Origin: Spirochaetota bacterium
GTDB taxonomy: Bacteria; Spirochaetota; UBA4802; UBA5550
Reading direction: 5' to 3'
Assembly: GCA_042569985.1 (NCBI GenBank)
Contig: JBHPHB010000004.1
Location: 1 to 44,069, forward strand
Length of the DNA stretch: 44,069 nt
The position numbers and the translations under genes are program-made. Within the stretch, counting starts at the first letter, position 1. The number at the start of each line of letters is the position of its first letter. The notes beneath the pieces were generated by a model. That model ran no database searches. It was not told the DNA's origin and was given only the letters and a program-made list of their open reading frames with translations. Below, in pieces: positions 28,025 to 36,840 of the stretch.

Positions 28025-28993
28025 CTAGTAGGCCAGTCCCACGGCTTTTTTTATTTCACCCAATGTTTCAAGGGCAATTTTTCTCGTTTTTTCTGCGCCC
28101 TTTTTTAAAATATTTTTTACTTCACCGGGGTCATTTTCATAAATTGCTCTTTTTTCCCTGAAGGGTTGAAAATATTCCCAGATGAGTCCAAAGAGTTCTT
28201 TCTTCACATCTCCATACCCTGTTCCGCCTTTTAAGTACCTGTCCCTGAGATTTTCGATCTTATCATCATCAGCAAAAAGTTTGTATAGTGAAAAGATTGT
28301 GCAGGTTTCAGGATTCTTGGGTTCCTCAACAGGAGTTGAGTCCGTGACAATTTTCATAACTTTTTTCTTTAATATTTTTTCTTCCTCGAATATGTATAAG
28401 GTGTTTCCATAACTTTTAGACATCTTTTGCCCGTCTGTTCCCGGTATGAGTGCTATCTCTTCTGATATCAGTGGTTCGGGAATTACTAAAATATCACCAT
28501 AAGCATTATTGAATTTAATGGCAATGTCCCTTGTGATTTCAAGGTGCTGTTTCTGGTCCCTGCCAACAGGTATTACTTCAGCTTTGTATAGTAAAATGTC
28601 AGCAGCCATGAGAATGGGATAGCTGAAAAGGCCTGCATTGGGGATAATTCCTTTATCGATTTTGTCCTTGTAACTGTGGCTTCTTTCAAGAAGGCCCAGG
28701 GGAGTATGGTTTGATAATATCCATGTGAGTTCAGTTACTTCGGAAATGTCTGATTGTACCCAGAAAAAACATTTTTCCGGGTCCAGACCCAGAGTGAGAA
28801 AATCGATGGCAGCATCAATTGTGTTTTTTTCGAGGTCTTCACGTTTAGGATTGGATGTTAATGCGTGATAATTGACAATGAAGCAGAAGAGTTCATTTTT
28901 TTCCTGAAAAGTTATCATGGGTTTCATCATTGCAAAGTAGTTTCCTATGTGCAGAGACCCGGAAGGCTGAATTCCTGAAAGTATTCTTGACAT
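28025..28993 (-). CDS. trpS: Tryptophan--tRNA ligase
   Basis: SGIQPSG, HIGN, YPILMAADIL, VGRDQKQH, KMSKS. Confidence 0.97.
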   Translation of the reverse strand: MSRILSGIQPSGSLHIGNYFAMMKPMITFQEKNELFCFIVNYHALTSNPKREDLEKNTIDAAIDFLTLGLDPEKCFFWVQSDISEVTELTWILSNHTPLGLLERSHSYKDKIDKGIIPNAGLFSYPILMAADILLYKAEVIPVGRDQKQHLEITRDIAIKFNNAYGDILVIPEPLISEEIALIPGTDGQKMSKSYGNTLYIFEEEKILKKKVMKIVTDSTPVEEPKNPETCTIFSLYKLFADDDKIENLRDRYLKGGTGYGDVKKELFGLIWEYFQPFREKRAIYENDPGEVKNILKKGAEKTRKIALETLGEIKKAVGLAY

Positions 28994-29135
28994 CAATATC
29001 ACCTTTTCGAAAAATAAATAATTAGGAAGATTTTCAAGCATATAAAAAATAGTCAATCAGAAAATTTTCCTTGCAGTTAAAATAGTTTTTAGAAATCTTT
29101 TACAATAATTAAAATGAATTAAAAAGGAGATTAAT

Positions 29136-29375
29136 ATGAAAAAGAATATTGGTGAAGAAGACAGCTATATCAGGTTGCTGCTGGGAACTACCTTTCTCGT
29201 TCATATAATTATTTTAGAGCCAGGTATAGTAGGGACGATCATCCTGGCGCTCCTGGGTGCTCTTTTCCTGTTTACATCTTATACACGCTCATGTCCCCTG
29301 TATATACCCCTAAAGATTAATACTAATGATGCTGAAAAACAAGAGGGTGGCACCGAAAAGGCAAGTGAAGCTTAA
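29136..29375 (+). CDS. DUF2892/YgaP-like membrane protein
   Basis: MKKNIG..D..IR, two TM helices, CPLY..LKINT; AGGAG RBS. Confidence 0.85.
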   Translation: MKKNIGEEDSYIRLLLGTTFLVHIIILEPGIVGTIILALLGALFLFTSYTRSCPLYIPLKINTNDAEKQEGGTEKASEA

Positions 29376-29599
29376 AATTTAGTTGGAAAATTGTCATTAT
29401 GATTTTTATTTCAATTTGCAGAGCATTAATGAAATTAACATAAAAACCTCTAATTCCTCCCGGAATAGTTGATTATTGCATATTTGTTGTAATAAAGTGC
29501 AGAAGTATTCCAAAAAAAGAGCATATTTGGGTAATTATTTAAGTTTGCAGGGTCGATATATTAATTATACCAAATCTTAATTAAACCGGGAGTAGCTAT

Positions 29600-29749
29600 A
29601 TGGGTACAATAATATTTTTAATTTTCAGGTTTGCCTTTGGTTTTAATCATCCAGCAGATTATCAGGTGTTATCATTACTAATATCCATTGATACATTGAT
29701 AGGACTATTTTTTATAAAGTTTTTTGTTCTTGAACGTAAGAAGAATTAA
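29600..29749 (+). CDS. Small hydrophobic protein, 49 aa (not in ORF track)
   Basis: MGTIIFLIFRFAFGFNHPADYQVLSLLISIDTLIGLFFIKFFVLERKKN; GGGAG 7 nt before ATG. Confidence 0.5.
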   Translation: MGTIIFLIFRFAFGFNHPADYQVLSLLISIDTLIGLFFIKFFVLERKKN

Positions 29750-29854
29750 TATTTTAGAACTATTCATTTACTCTCATAATTCCCACTAGATCAAAAATTT
29801 GATTTTAAATAAATATTAAATTATTTTTTCGCTAAAATTAGTTTTTCAAAAATA

Positions 29855-29888
29855 AAAAAAGGTGACATTATTAAATGTCACCTTTTTT
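29855..29888. terminator. Bidirectional intrinsic terminator downstream of flgE
   Basis: AAAAAAGGTGACATT-ATTA-AATGTCACCTTTTTT perfect 15-bp stem with A and T tracts. Confidence 0.85.
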
Positions 29889-29922
29889 ATTATATATTAA
29901 TTAATATATATTTAAATATATA

Positions 29923-31296
29923 TTATCTCTTAAGACTTAAAAGCTCCTGCAGCATCTGATCGGACGTCGTTATTGTCCTTGAGTTTGCCTGGAAGCCTCT
30001 CTGGGTAACTATCATGTCTGTGAATTGCTCTGAAAGATCTACATTTGACATTTCAAGTGAGCCTGCAATTATTACGCCTCTTCCCGACTGTGATGCCGGT
30101 CCCACATTGGGGAGCCCCGAGTTGTTGGATACTTCAAAGAGATTTTCTCCCGATGAGGTTAACCCCTGCGCGTTTGTAAAAACAGCCATTCCAACCTGCC
30201 CAACAACCTGTTTTGTTCCGTTTGTATATATACCGGTAATTATACCCGAATTATCTACATTAAATGACTCCATGTATCCCATTCCATATCCATCCTGCTC
30301 AACTGCCTTTGTTGTTGATGGCGAGGAATATTGAGTTATTCCCTTTAACTGTCCCGCCTGTCCGAGGTTCAGGTTAATTGATCTCACATTTGGGTCACCT
30401 GCGACCCTGTAGTTTGCACGTACAATTAATGTTCCCTGGTTCATTTCATCGGGGGTTGCACCATCACCTACTGCAATTATTCTTCCATCAGGCGAAAACC
30501 TCAGGTTAATTTTGTTGGTGGAATTTATTTGATTCTGCTGGCCTCCTGTTGGAATTACATCCAGAGTTATTGGGGTAGTGGAGCCGGTTATGGCACCTGA
30601 TGCGGTCCATTTGTTGGAGCCTGTTTTCCAAAGCGTAAGAGTCATTCTGTGATTCTTGCCCTGTTTGTCAAAAATATCGATGTTTGTTGTAACACCTGCT
30701 GATGACCTCATTCTTCCAGTGGCATTCTGTGGTACTATGGCACGTCTTGAATCGAGGTTGCATTTGTACCTGATATTTGTTGTTTCCCTGGCCTCAACCT
30801 TATTGTATATTGGTACTACAATGTCTTCAGTTGATCCGCTTGAATTAACTACCATTTGGCCCTGTTCGTTTCGTGTTGCCATCCATCCCTGGACTTTTAA
30901 TCCGTTTGCAGGATTGACCAGATTTCCGTCTTTATCTAAAGAAAAGGTACCCGCCCTGGTATAATAGCTTTTATCTCCCTTGCCAACTATGAAAAATCCA
31001 TCACCCTGAATTGCAAGGTCAGTCTGGTTTCCAGTAGTTTGAATACTCCCCTGTGTAAGGATTTTATCAATGGAAGCAATGGTCATTCCAAGGCCAACCT
31101 GCTTGGGATTTACACCACCCCTGTTTTGTTCCGGCTTGGAAGCACCGGACAAAGTCTGTGACAGCATGTCCTGAAATGTTACCCTGCTTGATTTAAATCC
31201 ATAGGTATTTACGTTAGAGATGTTATTTCCTATAACATCCATTCTTGTTTGATGGTTTTTTAAACCTGAAACACCGGAAAAGAGTGATCGCATCAT
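29923..31296 (-). CDS. flgE: Flagellar hook protein
   Basis: MMRSLFSGVSGL, NNISNVNTYGFK, YTRAG, LEMSNVDLS, QRGFQANS; follows flgD. Confidence 0.96.
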   Translation of the reverse strand: MMRSLFSGVSGLKNHQTRMDVIGNNISNVNTYGFKSSRVTFQDMLSQTLSGASKPEQNRGGVNPKQVGLGMTIASIDKILTQGSIQTTGNQTDLAIQGDGFFIVGKGDKSYYTRAGTFSLDKDGNLVNPANGLKVQGWMATRNEQGQMVVNSSGSTEDIVVPIYNKVEARETTNIRYKCNLDSRRAIVPQNATGRMRSSAGVTTNIDIFDKQGKNHRMTLTLWKTGSNKWTASGAITGSTTPITLDVIPTGGQQNQINSTNKINLRFSPDGRIIAVGDGATPDEMNQGTLIVRANYRVAGDPNVRSINLNLGQAGQLKGITQYSSPSTTKAVEQDGYGMGYMESFNVDNSGIITGIYTNGTKQVVGQVGMAVFTNAQGLTSSGENLFEVSNNSGLPNVGPASQSGRGVIIAGSLEMSNVDLSEQFTDMIVTQRGFQANSRTITTSDQMLQELLSLKR

Positions 31297-31334
31297 AGTA
31301 GCATATCTCCTGTTATATTATTATTGTGAATTAT

Positions 31335-31823
31335 TTACTTTTTATTTCCAACATGGTGAATGGCATGGACATCGCTTATCGATACTTCCTGGTTACCCAC
31401 CATTAGGTTGAATTGCTTTCCAATCTTTTTAACTGATGTTACAATCCCTGAGACTCTTAGTTTTTTTGTCTCGTTAAAGGCATCAATTCTTTTGCCCAGT
31501 AAACTGTATGCTTCTGAAGACCTGGAGCTTCTGATGAGTGATTTCATCTCATTGTTTATGTTTGTCATCTGTTCAAGTGAAGAGAATTGAGCCATCTGTG
31601 AGATAAACTCCCTGTCTTCCATTGGCTTTGTAGGATCCTGATGCCTCAGTTCAGTAACCAGAAGTTTCAAAAAAGCATCTTTTCCCAAAGAATTCTCAAA
31701 GCTTTTCTTTTTCCCTTTGAACAGCTTATTGCTTTGTGAAAGAATTTCCTTATTTATTCGCTCTACCTTTCTTTTTGTCTGGGCAAGCTGCTGTGAATTC
31801 ATTGTTACTGGTATTTTTTCCAT
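31335..31823 (-). CDS. flgD: Flagellar hook capping protein
   Basis: LGKDAFLKLLVTELRHQDPTKPM, FISQMAQFSSLEQM. Confidence 0.95.
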   Translation of the reverse strand: MEKIPVTMNSQQLAQTKRKVERINKEILSQSNKLFKGKKKSFENSLGKDAFLKLLVTELRHQDPTKPMEDREFISQMAQFSSLEQMTNINNEMKSLIRSSRSSEAYSLLGKRIDAFNETKKLRVSGIVTSVKKIGKQFNLMVGNQEVSISDVHAIHHVGNKK

Positions 31824-31834
31824 TTCAATTACTC

Positions 31835-33166
31835 CTATATAATTACATTTATTGAGCCATCATGCACTGATGTTGAACTAATATCGTATTCTATTGATTT
31901 ATCTGATATATTGCTGTTATTAGCCTGGTGTATGAAACTATCATCATCTTCATTTCTAAACATGCTCCTGTTATCATTCACATTTACAGTAAATTCACCC
32001 ACTGAAATACCGGCTTCCTCAAGTTGGTCCCTTACCTGGTTAAGGTTTTCCATTAACAGGTCCTTTGCGTTTTGTGTCTCCACAAGAAATTTTCCATTTA
32101 GTACTCCCTGGTCAAGGCCAAGGTTAATATTTACGCTGCCAAGATCTTTTGGAAAGAGTTTGAGGCTGAATGTGGCATTTTTACTGTCTTTAACTGTTAA
32201 TTTTGCATTTTCTACGATTTTATTAAGGGTTTCTTTGAAGTTTGCATTTTGTGCCTGCATCTTTGATATTGTCTCAGATCTTGTGGATGAGGAATTATTT
32301 TTCAAAGAATGGAGGTTTAAATTTTGTTTGTTTTCAAAGTTTTCATCAAAAGATGAATTATTCTGCTTCTCGCTTAATTCAGATTTGGATAGCATTTCAT
32401 TATTTACGTTATCTGTTAAAGCAGTATTTTGAGTTTTACCGTTGTCATTGGAGTCAATTTTAACATTATTTTTTTTAGCAGGCGATAGGGCTAATTTTTT
32501 AAAGGTCCTTTTCATACCCTGTAAAATTTTGTTGAAAACATGATTTTTATCAAAATCGGGATCAACTTTTTCCATCAGTGATTGGATTTTTGACATGGTT
32601 TTGTCAAAGATGTTTTTTAATTGAGCAAGTTCAAGTTCACTAAGTGATTTCTTTAGTCCTTTTAGTGTATCCTGAATTTCAATAATCTCCTTGTTTTTAT
32701 CAGTTATTTTATTAATGAAATCAATGAGCTTATTTATTCCATGTAACATTTCTGAAACATTGTTTTTATCAATATCATTAAATTTATCTGCAAGGCTTTT
32801 TAACAGCTTGGTGTCCACATCATCACTTTCTTTTTTGCTGTTTTTTATATCCTCTTGTTTACTTTGTTTCTCCGAACTCAGTTTTTTTTCTTCTGTTCTA
32901 TGGGAATTTTTGTCTCTGTTATCTTCTGTTTTCTTAACCTGATTATTTTTATCAGTTCTTTCATGGTCAGTCCTTATTGTATTATCATCATTTGATTTTT
33001 TCAAAGTGGAAGGATTTTCATTTCTTTTTATATCCTTATCTTTGATTTGCTGCTTCAATGTATCATGGAATTTATTATCATGCTGGGCCGAAATATTATT
33101 AATATTCGGCTTTATTATAAAGTCGTTTGAAATTTGTGCAGTATCAATTTTAATTATGTCAATCAT
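31835..33166 (-). CDS. fliK: Flagellar hook-length control protein
   Basis: Low-complexity N-terminus, C-terminal LKLFPKDLGSVNI motif, upstream of flgD; ATG at 33166 preferred. Confidence 0.85.
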   Translation of the reverse strand: MIDIIKIDTAQISNDFIIKPNINNISAQHDNKFHDTLKQQIKDKDIKRNENPSTLKKSNDDNTIRTDHERTDKNNQVKKTEDNRDKNSHRTEEKKLSSEKQSKQEDIKNSKKESDDVDTKLLKSLADKFNDIDKNNVSEMLHGINKLIDFINKITDKNKEIIEIQDTLKGLKKSLSELELAQLKNIFDKTMSKIQSLMEKVDPDFDKNHVFNKILQGMKRTFKKLALSPAKKNNVKIDSNDNGKTQNTALTDNVNNEMLSKSELSEKQNNSSFDENFENKQNLNLHSLKNNSSSTRSETISKMQAQNANFKETLNKIVENAKLTVKDSKNATFSLKLFPKDLGSVNINLGLDQGVLNGKFLVETQNAKDLLMENLNQVRDQLEEAGISVGEFTVNVNDNRSMFRNEDDDSFIHQANNSNISDKSIEYDISSTSVHDGSINVII

Positions 33167-33185
33167 TCCGTAGTACCTTCCATGT

Positions 33186-33212
33186 TGAATTGAGAATGCT
33201 TTTCTCAATTCA
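33186..33212. promoter_or_regulatory. Perfect 11-bp inverted repeat in the fliK leader
   Basis: TGAATTGAGAA-TGCTT-TTCTCAATTCA. Confidence 0.5.
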
Positions 33213-33290
33213 CTTATTAATATCGTTAAATATTAAAATTTACTGAATGAAATTTGAGGTTAATATTATAATAAGAATTTATTTTTCAAA

Positions 33291-33324
33291 GTTATGTGAC
33301 ATAACAATGCTTATGTGACATAAG
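33291..33324. other. dif-like Xer site or tandem palindromic operator
   Basis: ATGTGACATAA-CAATGC-TTATGTGACAT (11-6-11); also reads as two perfect 7-1-7 palindromes. Confidence 0.5.
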
Positions 33325-33405
33325 TTGAAAAGATTTGAATAAAATGCTTGCCATACTTAAAGGTGTTTTAATTTTATAAGGGAATCTAACATTTCAGGAG
33401 ATCTA

Positions 33406-33960
33406 TTGGTGGCCAATAAAATAAAAAAACTTACTTTTGATGAAATAAAAGCAGCCAGGCCAACTGTTGGAGAGTTGAAAAATAAATCTCCATTTCCCAT
33501 CGTTGTTGTAGTTGAAAACATCAGGAGCCTTCATAATGTTGGTTCAATTTTTCGAACTTCTGACGGAGCCTTCATTGAAACACTGTACCTGTGTGGTTAT
33601 ACCGGATATCCTCCGAGAAAAGAAATCGATAAAACTGCACTTGGCAGTGTGGAGAGTGTTAACTGGGTGCACAATGAAAATACTGTTGAAGTGGTTAAAG
33701 ACTTAAAATCAAGAGGGTACGGCATTGTGTCCCTTGAGCATACTGACAAGAGTAAACCTTATAATGATATTTCTTATGACTATCCACTGTGTTTAATCAT
33801 AGGGAATGAAGTTGATGGTATTAGCGATGAGGTAATTGGACTTTGTGATTTGTGTGTAGATATACCGATGCATGGTATTAAACAATCGCTTAATGTATCA
33901 GTTGCTTATGGTATTGTGGTTTATCACCTAGTCGAAAGCTATTTGAAGCAGAATATTTGA
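33406..33960 (+). CDS. TrmH/SpoU-family RNA 2'-O-methyltransferase
   Basis: NVGSIFRT, GNEVDG, IPMHGIKQSLNVSVA. Confidence 0.92.
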   Translation: MVANKIKKLTFDEIKAARPTVGELKNKSPFPIVVVVENIRSLHNVGSIFRTSDGAFIETLYLCGYTGYPPRKEIDKTALGSVESVNWVHNENTVEVVKDLKSRGYGIVSLEHTDKSKPYNDISYDYPLCLIIGNEVDGISDEVIGLCDLCVDIPMHGIKQSLNVSVAYGIVVYHLVESYLKQNI

Positions 33961-33969
33961 AAAAGTGGA

Positions 33970-34428
33970 TTAATGGTCCACAAATGTGATGTATTTTTTC
34001 AGATTTTTTGGTATTCCCCAGAAAAGGACCCAATATATAATTCCATCAGCATTTTCTCTTGATAGGATGTAATTTTGATAACGATTGTTATCGGTAAAAT
34101 TACCATTTAAAAGATCTTTCAGGTATTTTTTTGCCGCATTTGCTATGATAAATGAAAGGGACATTTTAAGAAGCTTTCTTAAATCCAGAAAATATTCGTA
34201 CTCATTTTGCTCAAACAAAACATGAAGGGTGTGCCAATTATTTTTATCATCGCAACTTTGGTATTTAATCCTTCTGCAAATTTGCACTTTGCTGTTTTCA
34301 TTATCTATGACTTTTTTAAGTAGCATAACAATGATTTCTGTTTGGGATTTTCCAAGAACTTTTGAAGTTTGTGCAATATTATCTAATATGTTTTTTTTTA
34401 TATTAATTGTAGTTTCAATATAGCGCAT
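33970..34428 (-). CDS. Hypothetical protein, possibly a duplicated ribbon-helix-helix (DUF1564-like)
   Basis: GGAGG RBS; two strand-helix-helix-like segments (TTINI..GKSQTEII; TLHV..KMSLSFII) linked by KYQ. Confidence 0.55.
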   Translation of the reverse strand: MRYIETTINIKKNILDNIAQTSKVLGKSQTEIIVMLLKKVIDNENSKVQICRRIKYQSCDDKNNWHTLHVLFEQNEYEYFLDLRKLLKMSLSFIIANAAKKYLKDLLNGNFTDNNRYQNYILSRENADGIIYWVLFWGIPKNLKKYITFVDH

Positions 34429-34588
34429 ATGGCCCTCCCTGTGTTTATTTTAAAAGACTATCCCATATTAATTAAACGAATGAGAAGGGGTGGTGATTAA
34501 AATATTTTTTCATATATTGCTTTTTAATATTTGGACATACTTTTTATGTTGATTTAGCAATGGTTTTTATAAAATATGCCCTTTAATT

Positions 34589-35761
34589 ATGAAGAGATTT
34601 CCACCAATTTTCTATTATGTTTCCCTGGCAAATTTACTGTTTTTTTTAGGTGATGCCCTTTTTGTTTTATTCCCTGTCTTTTTAAAGAATAATCTTGGTG
34701 CCGCAGAATCGTATATTGGTTTTCTAAACAATATTGATAAGGTCATTATGATTATTTCAGCAATAGTGCTGGGCTCTTTGATTCACGGCAAAGACCGTAT
34801 TAGAATATTGCGGTTTGGTTACATTTTATTGTTTGCTGTTTTTATGTCATACCATCTGATCTCGACGCTTAGCTGGTATATTATTATTATTCGAATTTTT
34901 CATGGTATTGGCTTTTCCATCTGTGTTATTTTGTCATCAACTATAGTCTTCGATTCTATACCTTCGGAAAGGTCAACGGAGGCCATAGGAATTTTTGGTA
35001 TCACCGGCGCGGTGAGCCTTGCCATCAGTCCCTTTGTCGGGGAATGGCTTATTAAGACCATGGGGTATTCGCATTATATATTGTTTACCATATCAGCAGT
35101 ACTTATTGTGTTGTCAATAATAACGACACTAATTATGTCTGGATTATTTCGTGTTGATAATTCTTCCAGCCTGACTGATAAAATAAATACAATTCAGCTA
35201 TTGCGAAATTCGCAGTTTCTATCCTTTATAGTTATAACATTTATTTTTGGGGGAGCCTTTGGGATTATTATTACTTTTCTGGCGAATTTTATTCATGCCA
35301 CTACAAATCTAAAATTTTCCTATTTTTATGTAATGTACTTTTTTTCTCTGGTAATCCTGAGATTTATATTTTTTAAGTATATAACTGAAAAAAATAGAAA
35401 CTTTATTTTGCTTGTTGCACTGGTCCTTTGCATTATAGTAAACCTATTGATGAATATTATGGATTCCATTGCCCTGCTGATTTTAGCCGGTATCATATAT
35501 GGTATTGCCCACGGAGTGTTGTATCCTGTTCTTAATGCCGTAATTGTAGGCATTGTTCCAAATGCCGATAACGGTAAATCCACATCACTTTTTTCAGCAT
35601 CATTTAACAGTGGTATGGTATTTTTTTCTGTTAGCTTTGGATTGCTTATTCATTATTTCAATACATATTTGGTGGCCTTTAATGGTATTGCCATTGCCCT
35701 TGTGATTTCCCTGTTTATAATTGCGGATATAATAAGGAAGAGGCGGGTAGTTGAAATATAG
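34589..35761 (+). CDS. MFS transporter
   Basis: About 12 hydrophobic helices, RIFHGIG, ISPFVG. Confidence 0.88.
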   Translation: MKRFPPIFYYVSLANLLFFLGDALFVLFPVFLKNNLGAAESYIGFLNNIDKVIMIISAIVLGSLIHGKDRIRILRFGYILLFAVFMSYHLISTLSWYIIIIRIFHGIGFSICVILSSTIVFDSIPSERSTEAIGIFGITGAVSLAISPFVGEWLIKTMGYSHYILFTISAVLIVLSIITTLIMSGLFRVDNSSSLTDKINTIQLLRNSQFLSFIVITFIFGGAFGIIITFLANFIHATTNLKFSYFYVMYFFSLVILRFIFFKYITEKNRNFILLVALVLCIIVNLLMNIMDSIALLILAGIIYGIAHGVLYPVLNAVIVGIVPNADNGKSTSLFSASFNSGMVFFSVSFGLLIHYFNTYLVAFNGIAIALVISLFIIADIIRKRRVVEI

Positions 35762-35853
35762 ATTAGGACTACTAACTTTTTATCAAAAAACAATTGACTA
35801 ATATATTAAAGGTATGCTTTTCTACGTTAAGGTTAGAAAAAAATCGGAAAATA

Positions 35854-35882
35854 TTGACTGTTTTATTATTTAAGTGTATATT
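35854..35882 (+). promoter_or_regulatory. Sigma70-type promoter of nifU-nifS
   Basis: TTGACT-N17-TATATT. Confidence 0.5.
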
Positions 35883-35945
35883 AAAATAGTAGCGGTAATT
35901 ATTTGATATTTTTTGTTAATTTATATATAACGAGGAGGACATCTC

Positions 35946-36791
35946 ATGTGGGATTATACTGACAAAGTAAAAGACCTTTACAACAATCCTAAGAATGTTG
36001 GCAAAATTGAAAATGCAGATGCTGTTTCTGAAGTGGGAAGTATAGTATGTGGAGATGCTCTAAAGCTCTATCTGAAAATTGATGAGAATAATATTATCAC
36101 AGAGGCAAAGTTTGAGACATTCGGCTGTGGCAGTGCCATTGCATCTTCATCAGCCTTGACAGATATGGTTGTTGGCAAAACAGTTGAAGAAGCTGAGAAG
36201 ATTACAAACCAGGATATAGTGAATTACCTGGGAGGATTGCCCGACGAGAAGATGCATTGCTCCGTTATGGGGGGTGAAGCATTGGAGAAAGCCATAGCCA
36301 AGTGGAGGGGTGAGGAAGTTCATGATGAAGAAGATGTGGAAGGTGAAATAGTTTGCCACTGCTTTGGAGTGACGGATGATTTAATAAGGAAGGTCATAAG
36401 GGAAAATAAGTTAAAGACTGTTGAGGATATTACAAACTATACAAAAGCCGGCGGAGCATGCGGGGGTTGTATACCTGCAATTGAGGATATAATAGAGGAA
36501 GAATTGACACTAAACGAAAAGAAGCCCGAAGTAAAGGAGCAAAAGAAGCCCCTGACTAACATAAAGAGAATGCAAATGGTTGAGGAGACTATAGCTAATG
36601 TAATACGGCCTTCGTTGCAAAAGGACGGGGGGGATATTGAGCTTGTGGACGTTGAAGGTAAAAAAGTACATGTGGCTCTCAGGGGGAGTTGTACTAACTG
36701 TCTTGCTTCCAGTTTAACTATTAAAAATCTTGTAGAGGCAAAGCTAAAGGAATTTGTTGAAGATGATATAGAAGTCGTTGAAGCCAAGTAG
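35946..36791 (+). CDS. nifU: Fe-S cluster assembly scaffold NifU (three-domain)
   Basis: MWDYTDKV, CGD, FGCGSAIAS, KMHCS; central CHC..CGGC; C-terminal Nfu DGGDI..CTNC. Confidence 0.95.
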   Translation: MWDYTDKVKDLYNNPKNVGKIENADAVSEVGSIVCGDALKLYLKIDENNIITEAKFETFGCGSAIASSSALTDMVVGKTVEEAEKITNQDIVNYLGGLPDEKMHCSVMGGEALEKAIAKWRGEEVHDEEDVEGEIVCHCFGVTDDLIRKVIRENKLKTVEDITNYTKAGGACGGCIPAIEDIIEEELTLNEKKPEVKEQKKPLTNIKRMQMVEETIANVIRPSLQKDGGDIELVDVEGKKVHVALRGSCTNCLASSLTIKNLVEAKLKEFVEDDIEVVEAK

Positions 36792-36840
36792 GTTTTATTT
36801 GTATATAAATTGAATAACTAAAAGAATTGGGGAGTTTAAA

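Noticed and set aside
35760-35880. IscR/Rrf2 operator upstream of nifU
   Set aside because: Only GACT half-sites that coincide with -35 boxes; no matching AGTC half-site and no Rrf2 gene adjacent
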